A DNA stretch of 14,474 nucleotides from Abditibacteriaceae bacterium (GTDB lineage: Bacteria > Armatimonadota > Abditibacteriia > Abditibacteriales > Abditibacteriaceae). The position numbers and the translations under genes are program-made. Numbering within the stretch: position 1 is the first letter of the stretch; every line of letters starts with the position of its first letter. This document shows positions 6,183 to 13,500 of the stretch, in pieces. Below the pieces are notes generated by a model that worked only from the letters and a program-made list of their open reading frames with translations, was not told the origin of the DNA and searched no databases. The stretch spans positions 1-14,474 of the forward strand of contig JANMKN010000212.1 of assembly GCA_031372065.1 (NCBI GenBank). Reading direction: 5' to 3'.

Positions 6183-8276
6183 ATGAAACGATTTTTCTTC
6201 TTTTTTCTGGCCTGCGCCCTGCCTTGCCACGCGCAAAAACTGCCGGATGATTTCAATCCAAATGCGCCGGGTCAGACAAACCAAAATTCCACCGGAAACA
6301 GCGCGATTACCAACGTTCCAGCGCCGCCAAAACTGCCGGTGGATGGCCATCAGGTGCGCTTGCGTTATAACAATTTGGCGAAGGCGATGAATGCCGGACA
6401 AGTGCCTGCCGACCCGCAAAACATGGCCTTGTTGCGCTTTAAAATGGAACAGGCGCGTTTATGGATTTATGAAGTAGATGGCAATCTGACAGCGTGGCCC
6501 GAAGATGCTATGCGCAATGCGCAAGATATGATTGCCCGCGCCGAAAGCGTGGGGAAAGCGCAAGGCGACGCCGTTTTTCCCGCCGCCACGCAGGAACATG
6601 AACGCGCTTATATCGCCGAGAACGACGGTTCCTCGCAGCCGTATTGGGTTTATGTGCCCAAAGATTACACCCCGAAGAAAAAATATCCTTTAATTGTTTT
6701 TTTGCATGGTTTCAGCCCTGATATAAGTAAAGTCACGCCGTGGGTGCCGGACGAAAGCATCTGGGGCCTTGCCACAACGCGTGGCTACATTTTCGTGGTG
6801 CCTTATGGCCGTCGTAATTCCGATTTCGTGGGCATCGGCGAAGATGACATGATTACCGTGACCGATGCCGTAAAAGTGCGCTATGGCGTGGATGCGGAGC
6901 GCGTTTATTTAATGGGCGCTTCGATGGGTGGCTATGGCGCGTATATTGTCGGCTTGCATCGCCCGGATTATTGGGCCGCCGTGGCGCCGATTGCGGGGCG
7001 CACTGATTTTTATCGCTGGTTCGACTTAGAACGTGCCAAAGTGCCGTGGTGGAAACGTGTTCTCTATGATGCCAACGATCCGCGCCATTTGGTCGGCAAT
7101 GCGCTGAATACACCGTTTTTCACACAGCACGGCGAATTGGATTCGATTAACAAAGTCGAACACGCCCGCGACTTTTTCGCGGATGCCAAAGCCAAAAGTG
7201 TGCCGATTAAATATCGTGAAGTGGAAAACGGCGATCATTATATTTATTTCGACAACGAAACTTATACGTTGCCAATGGATTGGGCGCTCGGTGTGACGCG
7301 CCACACCGCCCCAAAGAAAATAGATTTCACCACCGGCGATTTGAAAAGCCACTCTTCTTATTGGGTAGATATTCAGGCTTTTGAAAAATACGATCAAAGC
7401 GCCCATCTCATCGCGGAAATTAAGACCACGCGCACGCACAATGCCATCGAAGTGCAAACTCGCAATGTGGCGAAGTTTCGCTTGAAGCCGCCTGCCGAAG
7501 CCTTGAAAGAGAATTTGCCGGTTTCGCTGGTCGTCAACAGCGCGCCGGATGCGCGGCCTTTTAAAATTGGCGATGAAATTCTGTGGCCCGCCGAAGGCCC
7601 GATTGCGGCGGGCGGCGTGAATTCGTTTCCCGGCGTGAAATCGCCAGAGCACACCGGGCCGGTGAAAAACTGCTATCGCGACCCGTTTTTGGTGGTTTAC
7701 GGCACCTTGAAGCAACCGGCAGCCAATCCGGTGGCAGCGACAGGCGCCGCCAATGCACAAAGCGAGGATATGAAAGAAGCGCTGCGTTTTTACAACGAAT
7801 GGGCAGTCTATGCCGATGGTGCGCCTCGTGTGAAAACCGATAAAGAGGTCACGCCGGAAGAGCGCCAGAATTTCAATCTGATTTTAATCGGCACGCGCGA
7901 GAGCAATGCAGTGCTGGCCGAAATCGCTGATAAATTGCCGCTTGAACTTTTGCCTGATGGCTATCGTATCGGGACAAAACAAGTCAAAGTGCCCGAACCA
8001 GACGATATTGGCCTGCGTTTTTGTTATCCTTCGCCTTTTTCGGAAAAACGCATGGTGGTGGTGCATTCGGGACATCATTGGGGCCTAAAACCACTGCAAA
8101 TCTCACCGCATGATGATCTGCCGCCCAATCATAAATACGATCTGATTCCCGATTACATCGTTTACGATTCGACGATGGAAGCGGGCGTTTCCAAGCATAT
8201 TTTCGACTTCACCGACGAAACCAATCACGCCTTAGTGGCGGGCTTTTTCGACGGCAACTGGCAAATTCCCCAGTAG
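6183..8276 (+). CDS. Secreted alpha/beta-hydrolase (esterase / prolyl-oligopeptidase-like) with extra N- and C-terminal domains
   Basis: Signal peptide MKRFFFFFLACALPCHA; YWVYVPKDY...YPLIVFLHG; nucleophile elbow GASMGG; HGELD (Asp) and GDH (His) complete a plausible catalytic triad. Confidence 0.85.
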   Translation: MKRFFFFFLACALPCHAQKLPDDFNPNAPGQTNQNSTGNSAITNVPAPPKLPVDGHQVRLRYNNLAKAMNAGQVPADPQNMALLRFKMEQARLWIYEVDGNLTAWPEDAMRNAQDMIARAESVGKAQGDAVFPAATQEHERAYIAENDGSSQPYWVYVPKDYTPKKKYPLIVFLHGFSPDISKVTPWVPDESIWGLATTRGYIFVVPYGRRNSDFVGIGEDDMITVTDAVKVRYGVDAERVYLMGASMGGYGAYIVGLHRPDYWAAVAPIAGRTDFYRWFDLERAKVPWWKRVLYDANDPRHLVGNALNTPFFTQHGELDSINKVEHARDFFADAKAKSVPIKYREVENGDHYIYFDNETYTLPMDWALGVTRHTAPKKIDFTTGDLKSHSSYWVDIQAFEKYDQSAHLIAEIKTTRTHNAIEVQTRNVAKFRLKPPAEALKENLPVSLVVNSAPDARPFKIGDEILWPAEGPIAAGGVNSFPGVKSPEHTGPVKNCYRDPFLVVYGTLKQPAANPVAATGAANAQSEDMKEALRFYNEWAVYADGAPRVKTDKEVTPEERQNFNLILIGTRESNAVLAEIADKLPLELLPDGYRIGTKQVKVPEPDDIGLRFCYPSPFSEKRMVVVHSGHHWGLKPLQISPHDDLPPNHKYDLIPDYIVYDSTMEAGVSKHIFDFTDETNHALVAGFFDGNWQIPQ

Positions 8277-8305
8277 ACCTCTAACAAAGTGCCGGTTAAA
8301 AGTGA

Positions 8306-8332
8306 CAAAAGGCGAGTCCGGGCGCCCTTTTG
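8306..8332 (+). terminator. Weak hairpin downstream of the hydrolase, possible terminator
   Basis: CAAAAGG (8306-8312) and CCTTTTG (8326-8332) are inverted repeats around a short GC-rich core; the stem is imperfect. Confidence 0.25.
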
Positions 8333-8351
8333 CAAAAAGTTGATGGTTTGT

Positions 8352-8470
8352 GCGTGCTAACCGGAGCGGTTAGCACCGTTGCAGCAGGTGCAGAGCCTCT
8401 GACCGGAGCGGTCAGCACCGTTGTAGCAGGTGCAGAGCCTCTAACCGCTCCGGTTAGCACGCTTGCAGCA
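8352..8470. repeat. 42-bp tandem repeat (2.7 copies) with palindromic cores, bounded by a perfect 22-bp inverted repeat
   Basis: Units at 8357-8398, 8399-8440 and 8441-8470 (partial). Cores are CTAACCG-GAG-CGGTTAG, CTGACCG-GAG-CGGTCAG and CTAACCG-CTC-CGGTTAG. 8352-8373 is the exact reverse complement of 8441-8462. Confidence 0.9.
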
Positions 8471-8577
8471 CGTTCGATGGCCCGAAACGGCGTTTTTTGC
8501 CGGTTTTGACCGTTGGGACACGGTAAAATCGTGCCGGAACACAATGCAACTCAAGGCACCAAATTCAAAAATGGACC

Positions 8578-8605
8578 TTGAACCTTGGATTTGGCACCTT
8601 AAACT
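8578..8605 (+). promoter_or_regulatory. Putative sigma70-type promoter giving a leaderless transcript
   Basis: TTGAAC (8578-8583) - 16 nt - TAAACT (8600-8605), then 6 nt to the ATG at 8612; no Shine-Dalgarno sequence. Confidence 0.5.
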
Positions 8606-8611
8606 CAGCTT

Positions 8612-10123
8612 ATGAGCGCCGACATTTTGGTGGTGGATGACAGCCGCACGCAGGCTTTAAAGCTGCAAATCATTTTAGAAGAGCAGGGCTTTGACGTGCG
8701 TGTGGCGCGTGGCGGTCAAGAAGCCATTGACATGGCGCAAATGCAGTCGCCTGACCTCATCGTCAGCGACATCGTGATGCCCGGCATGGACGGCTATGTC
8801 ATGTGTCAGCAAATCAAATTGATTGATGTTTTGCGCGATGTGCCGGTCATTTTACTGACCACGCTGGCCGATCCGCGCGATATTCTGCGCGGTTTGCAGG
8901 CGCAGGCCGATGCTTATTTAACCAAGCCTTACGACGAAAAAGTGCTGGTCGCGCGCATCAACGCCTTGCTGCGACAGCCCGTAGATGCGTTTGATCGCGA
9001 CGGGCGCATCACGGCAGAATTTGTCGCGCGCGACACGCCGGGTTTGGAAGTTTCTCTTGAAGGCGAAAACCATATCGTCACCGCCGGGCGGCGGCAAATG
9101 TTGAATTTGTTGCTTTCGACCTACGAAAATGCGGTGCGGCAAAATCAGGCGTTGTCCGAAACGCAGCGCGAGTTGACCGATTTAAATGTGCAACTGCACT
9201 TGCAAAATACGCGGGTCGAACGTTCCGAAAACAATTTTCGCGCGCTGCTCAATGACAACACCGATGCCGTTTTCGTGGTGGACGAGGCGGGTTTAGTGCG
9301 CTTTGTCAACCCGGCGGGCGAGGAACTGCTCAACAAGTCCCATCGAGAAATTAGCGAGGCACCGTTTCCCTTTGAATTTGTGCTGGGCCGCACGCGCGAA
9401 GTTGTCATTGCCCTACGCGTGCCGGGCCATGACGAAGATGGATTGATTGTCGAAATGCGCGCCGTGCCTTCGGAGTGGGAAAACAAACGCGTGGCTTTGA
9501 TTACGCTGCGCGACATCACGGCGCGCAAATCCTACGAACGACGCATTCAAGAACAGCAAGAAGCCTTGCAAGAAGCCAATGGGCAACTGCGCGAAGTCAA
9601 TCGCCGCTTGCAAGACTTAGCGACGTTGGACGGGCTGACCGGCATTTTCAATCATCGCGCCGCCAAGGAACGCCTTGCCACCGAGTGGAATCGCGCCCGC
9701 CGCTACGATTTGCCGCTTTCGGTTTTGATGTTGGATGTGGACAAGTTCAAACAATATAACGACACCTTCGGCCACCCGGCAGGCGACGAAGTCTTAAAGC
9801 GTGTCGCGACTTTGCTGCACGAAAAAGCGCGCGAAACCGACATCGTAGCGCGTTATGGAGGCGAAGAATTCATCGTGATTCTGCCCAACACCGCCGAAGA
9901 AGCCTCGGCCACTTTTGCCGAACGTTTGCGCATCGCCATTGAAGAAGATAGCTGGCCTTTGCGCGTCGTCACCGCCAGTTTTGGCGTTGCCACCGTGACT
10001 TCCGCTCACGAGGCCCCCGACGATTTAATCGCCGCTGCCGATAAAGCGCTGTATTTTTCCAAAGAACACGGGCGCAACCGCATTACTCACGCCAATCAGC
10101 AATCCAGCCAGCAACAAGCATAG
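8612..10123 (+). CDS. Response-regulator diguanylate cyclase (REC - linker - PAS - coiled coil - GGDEF)
   Basis: REC: ILVVDDS, IVSDIVMPGMDG, LLT, YLTKP. PAS-like: DAVFVVDEAGLVRFVNPAGEELL...LRDIT. GGDEF: DGLTGIFN, DVDKFKQYNDTFGH..GD, RETD I-site, RYGGEEF, ADKALY..K..GRN. Confidence 0.95.
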   Translation: MSADILVVDDSRTQALKLQIILEEQGFDVRVARGGQEAIDMAQMQSPDLIVSDIVMPGMDGYVMCQQIKLIDVLRDVPVILLTTLADPRDILRGLQAQADAYLTKPYDEKVLVARINALLRQPVDAFDRDGRITAEFVARDTPGLEVSLEGENHIVTAGRRQMLNLLLSTYENAVRQNQALSETQRELTDLNVQLHLQNTRVERSENNFRALLNDNTDAVFVVDEAGLVRFVNPAGEELLNKSHREISEAPFPFEFVLGRTREVVIALRVPGHDEDGLIVEMRAVPSEWENKRVALITLRDITARKSYERRIQEQQEALQEANGQLREVNRRLQDLATLDGLTGIFNHRAAKERLATEWNRARRYDLPLSVLMLDVDKFKQYNDTFGHPAGDEVLKRVATLLHEKARETDIVARYGGEEFIVILPNTAEEASATFAERLRIAIEEDSWPLRVVTASFGVATVTSAHEAPDDLIAAADKALYFSKEHGRNRITHANQQSSQQQA

Positions 10124-10130
10124 GTTTCGT

Positions 10131-10136
10131 TATAAT
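10131..10136 (+). promoter_or_regulatory. Consensus -10 box (TATAAT) 6 nt upstream of ATG; likely leaderless promoter
   Basis: TCGT-TATAAT-TTTCTC-ATG(10143) in a 19-nt intergenic gap with no SD. Confidence 0.55.
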
Positions 10137-10142
10137 TTTCTC

Positions 10143-10982
10143 ATGCATTTATTTCGCTTTGCGGCGCCCAACGGCCCGCGTTTGGGCCTGCTCTTGGACG
10201 GCGCACACTACGATTTGACTTCTGCTGACGAAACTTCTTTTTCCAGCATCGCGGCGTGGCTAAAATTGGAAAATCCGCTCGCTGCCCTTGACGCGACCAA
10301 AGAAAAAGCGCGTGCGTTTCCGCTGGACGAGGTGGCTTATTTAGCGCCGCTCGATAAGCAAGAAGTGTGGGCGTCGGGCGTGACGTATTTTCGCTCGAAG
10401 GTGGCGCGCATGGAGGAAAGCGAAGGCGGCGGCGATTTTTACGACAAGGTTTACGACGCCGCGCGCCCCGAACTATTTTTCAAAGCCACCGCACAACGCG
10501 TGCGCGGGCCGGGCGAAGCAATTCGCATCCGCAAAGATTCGACGTGGGACGTGCCCGAACCGGAGTTGGCGCTTGTGATTTCCGCGCGCGGCCAAATCGT
10601 CGGCTACACCATCGGCAACGATGTCTCTTCGCGCTCCATCGAAGGCGAAAACCCGCTGTATTTGCCGCAAGCCAAAACTTACAACGGCTCATGCGCCATC
10701 GGGCCGCTGATTGCCCTCAACGGCGAAAAAGAACGCGCCATTGAGTTAGAAATTATGCGCGATAGCGAAGCCATTTTTAGCGGCCAAACTTCCACCGCGC
10801 AAATGCGCCGCACGCCGCAGGAATTAGCCGAATATCTTTTTCGCGAACTGACATTTCCCGATGGCGCTTTGCTCTTAACTGGCACCGGCATCGTGCCCGG
10901 CGATGGCTTCACCCTCCGCAGCGGCGATGTCGTGAAAATTACCGTCGAAGGCATCGGCACGCTGGAGAATTTTGTCGAATAA
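10143..10982 (+). CDS. Fumarylacetoacetate hydrolase family protein, 2-keto-3-deoxy-pentonate dehydratase (XylX/KdaD)-like
   Basis: QEVWASGVTY, RPELFFK, PEPEL, GYTIGNDVSSRSIEGENPLYLPQAK, LLTGTGIVP and GIGTLEN are characteristic of the KdaD/XylX branch of the FAH superfamily. Confidence 0.85.
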   Translation: MHLFRFAAPNGPRLGLLLDGAHYDLTSADETSFSSIAAWLKLENPLAALDATKEKARAFPLDEVAYLAPLDKQEVWASGVTYFRSKVARMEESEGGGDFYDKVYDAARPELFFKATAQRVRGPGEAIRIRKDSTWDVPEPELALVISARGQIVGYTIGNDVSSRSIEGENPLYLPQAKTYNGSCAIGPLIALNGEKERAIELEIMRDSEAIFSGQTSTAQMRRTPQELAEYLFRELTFPDGALLLTGTGIVPGDGFTLRSGDVVKITVEGIGTLENFVE

Positions 10983-11721
10983 GACCTTGCTTCGCAAACG
11001 GTTTCCCCTCATTCTGTTCTTGGTAACGATTCCTTTGCTAATCCTTCTTTTTCCTTTCTTTGTGAAGAATGAGGGCTTTCAGGAAGCGACACGTTACACT
11101 AATCCGTTCTACGGCTTTGCGAAAAACCGTGAATCGGCGCGCCGTTCATCGTGCCAGAATAACCTTAAGCAGATTGCTATGGCGATGAGGCAATACGCAA
11201 TAGACCACCATGATAAATTTCCGCCCTCAATTGTTGGTGGCGTAACAGCAACAGGGTGGGATAGCCAAAATTACAGCGGCCCTGAACCGTGGAAAATCGG
11301 AGTGAAGCAGTCGTTGCGCTTTTATCAGGGAAAACCAGTGGGCTGGGCTGATGGGATTTTCCCGTATCTTCGCTCAGACTCGCTTTATATGTGCCCTTCT
11401 GAAACCACAGGCAACCTTAATCGCTCAAACGCTGGCTATACGGATTATTGGCTGAATGGCAACCTTGCAAGCGTGCCGCAAAAGTTGGTAGTTTTGCCCA
11501 TACAAACATTGCTCATCGGTGACGGCAATGACGGCAGCGATAATTCCAACGCGACCTACAGCAAAACCTCGTTTGGCTCATGGCTTGATGACCAAAGCAG
11601 TCCGATGTATCGTCATTTGGGTGGCGCAAACTATTTGTTTGTGGATGGGCATATCAAGTGGCTCAAACCGCAAGATGTGAAAAACTTCGGCGGACGAAGT
11701 GACCCATTTGCCCTCAAGTAA
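10972..11721 (+). CDS. DUF1559-family pseudopilin-like protein with C-terminal H-X9-DG motif and degenerate prepilin N-terminus
   Basis: RESARRSSCQNNLKQIAMAMRQY..D....FP, GWA..IFPYLRS....MCPS and RHLGGANYLFVDGHIKW; N-terminal hydrophobic helix. The start (TTG at 10972 or 10987) is uncertain. Confidence 0.85.
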   Translation: MSNKTLLRKRFPLILFLVTIPLLILLFPFFVKNEGFQEATRYTNPFYGFAKNRESARRSSCQNNLKQIAMAMRQYAIDHHDKFPPSIVGGVTATGWDSQNYSGPEPWKIGVKQSLRFYQGKPVGWADGIFPYLRSDSLYMCPSETTGNLNRSNAGYTDYWLNGNLASVPQKLVVLPIQTLLIGDGNDGSDNSNATYSKTSFGSWLDDQSSPMYRHLGGANYLFVDGHIKWLKPQDVKNFGGRSDPFALK

Positions 11722-11722
11722 C

Positions 11723-11751
11723 AAAAAACGGCCTCGCAAGGGGCCTTTTTT
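11723..11751 (+). terminator. Intrinsic terminator, possibly bidirectional
   Basis: A6 - GGCCTC (11730-11735) - GCAA tetraloop - GGGGCC (11740-11745) - T6, directly after the stop at 11721. Confidence 0.8.
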
Positions 11752-11783
11752 ATCGTTTTATAGCCGCGTTATTAGCATCTCGT

Positions 11784-11789
11784 TACACT
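11784..11789 (+). promoter_or_regulatory. -10-like box (TACACT) 7 nt upstream of ATG; likely leaderless promoter
   Basis: TCGT-TACACT-GCGGGCA-ATG(11797). It lies after a terminator, so a new promoter is needed here. It has the same TCGT prefix as the box at 10131. Confidence 0.5.
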
Positions 11790-11796
11790 GCGGGCA

Positions 11797-13500
11797 ATGC
11801 GTTTGCCTGCTCTCTCCATCCTCGCCCCATTCGCACTTGGCTTATTGCTCACAGCCGCGCCACTTCAAGCGCGCAGTTCGCGCAAAGTGGCGCCGAAACC
11901 AGCGCCTATAATCGCGCCGGCGCCTGATACGGTTTTAGCGCCCGCGTGGGTTCTCATTGACCCCGCGACAGGCCGCGTTTTGGAATCGAAAAACCCGCAT
12001 CAGCGGATGTTTCCGGCTTCGACAACCAAAACCATGACGGCGCTTTTGGCTGTCGAAAGCGGCAAGTTGGACGATGTTTTTACAATCGGCCCCAATCCGC
12101 CCAAAACCGGCGAGCAAAGCATTCTTTTGCAACAAGGCGAGCGGTTTTTGCTGCGCGATTTGGTCAACGCCGCGCTGATTAAATCGGCCAACGATGCGTG
12201 CGTGGCGATTGCCGAAGCCGTCGCGGGCGATGTGCCGACGTTCGTCAAAATGATGAACGCCAAAGCCAAAGAACTCGGCGCTAAAAATACGCATTTTTGC
12301 AACCCGCATGGCTTGCACGAGGCCAATCATTACACAACCGCTTATGATTTGGCACTTATCGCGCAAGCGGCAATGCGTTATCCCGAATTCAACACCATCA
12401 CGCGCACCAAGCAAGGCGCGATTCACGGCAACTGGAAAATCGGGCCGGTGCGCCCGCTTGTGAATCGCAATCGCCTGCTCTTTCGCTGGAATCAATGCGA
12501 CGGCGTGAAAACTGGCTATACTCGGCAAGCCGGACGTTGCTTGGTTGCTTCAGCCACGAAAACTGAGGCCAACAACAAAGAATCGTGGCGCTTGCTGAGT
12601 GTCGTGTTAAAATCACCCGATTCGTGGCACGACGCGCAGGCGCTTTTGCAATATCACGGCTTCGCGCATTTCAAGCCGTTTACAGCGGCGCGTTCGGGCG
12701 ATGAAATCGGCGAAACCAGCGTGCAAAATGGCGGTCAAGTGAAAGCGATTTTGCCGCAAAATGCCATTTTGACGCTGCGCGAGGGCGAAAAAAACAGCCT
12801 GACACGCGAAGTTCAATGGAATCAATTATCGGCGCCGCTTCAAGCCGGACAAGTTGTGGGGCATCTGAATTATTTCGCCAACGGGCAAAAAGTGGCCGCG
12901 CTGCCTCTGGTGGCGCAAAATGATGTGCCCGTTTCGCGTTTGGCAGGCATAATTCCATCGAACCTGAGCGCGGCTTCGCCTTTTAAAGGCTTGCTTCACC
13001 TTTCCATGCTGCATTGGCCTTCTGCGCCGGGCCTGTTAGCTTCCGGCTTGCTGCTTTTGGGTGTAACCTTGCTTTGGGGCGGCTTGAAAAGTGGACGAAA
13101 TCAATCGAATGAAAAACGACAACAACCAGCGCGGCGCCCGGCCCCAAATCAAACGCCCAACCGGCAAAACCCCAACAATACAAACCGACGAAACCCTGAA
13201 TCAGCGGACAGTTCGCGGCCAGAGCCGTCCGCCGACAGCAAGCAGCCGCCCCGCGCAACGCAACAGCGAAACGCAGCGCACAGCCACGCGGCCCGGCAAG
13301 CCCAACAATTCCGCCACAGCGCGCCCGGCAGTCTCCACCAACAACGCCACAAGGCCCGCAAGACAAAGCGTGAAGCCCAGCCTTGTCTCGGCGAGCAGTT
13401 CATCGCGCGCTTCCTCGACGACGAAAACGAAGACGGCAACCTCGCGCCCGAATTCAACAACGCGAGCGAATTCGCTAAATCGTCCCGCTCCCGCTGGTAA
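11797..13500 (+). CDS. D-alanyl-D-alanine carboxypeptidase (peptidase S11, DacA/DacB-like) with C-terminal TM helix and a long tail overlapping rluB
   Basis: Signal peptide; PASTTK (SxxK), SANDA (SxN), NPHGL, GVKTGYT (KTG); PBP5-like C-domain (LSAPLQAGQVVG); TM segment LLASGLLLLGVTLLWGGL. The significance of the last ~137 codons is uncertain. Confidence 0.9.
   Translation: MRLPALSILAPFALGLLLTAAPLQARSSRKVAPKPAPIIAPAPDTVLAPAWVLIDPATGRVLESKNPHQRMFPASTTKTMTALLAVESGKLDDVFTIGPNPPKTGEQSILLQQGERFLLRDLVNAALIKSANDACVAIAEAVAGDVPTFVKMMNAKAKELGAKNTHFCNPHGLHEANHYTTAYDLALIAQAAMRYPEFNTITRTKQGAIHGNWKIGPVRPLVNRNRLLFRWNQCDGVKTGYTRQAGRCLVASATKTEANNKESWRLLSVVLKSPDSWHDAQALLQYHGFAHFKPFTAARSGDEIGETSVQNGGQVKAILPQNAILTLREGEKNSLTREVQWNQLSAPLQAGQVVGHLNYFANGQKVAALPLVAQNDVPVSRLAGIIPSNLSAASPFKGLLHLSMLHWPSAPGLLASGLLLLGVTLLWGGLKSGRNQSNEKRQQPARRPAPNQTPNRQNPNNTNRRNPESADSSRPEPSADSKQPPRATQQRNAAHSHAARQAQQFRHSAPGSLHQQRHKARKTKREAQPCLGEQFIARFLDDENEDGNLAPEFNNASEFAKSSRSRW

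Noticed and set aside
6192..6206. Phase-variable poly-T in the hydrolase signal peptide
   Set aside because: The runs are only T5 and T6, interrupted by C, and simply encode FFFFF.
5538..6419. 293-aa antisense ORF over fabG
   Set aside because: Long antisense frames are a common by-product of codon bias in GC-rich SDR genes, and it has no protein motifs.
8352..8470. Mini-CRISPR with palindromic repeats
   Set aside because: The two inter-hairpin segments are nearly identical (one mismatch), so it is a tandem duplication rather than a repeat-spacer array.
8296..8544. 82-aa minus-strand ORF with 14-aa repeats, and the corresponding open + frame at 8330-8509
   Set aside because: Both frames are explained by the 42-bp palindromic repeat lacking stops. 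Starts are non-ATG and there is no family resemblance. Not fully excluded.
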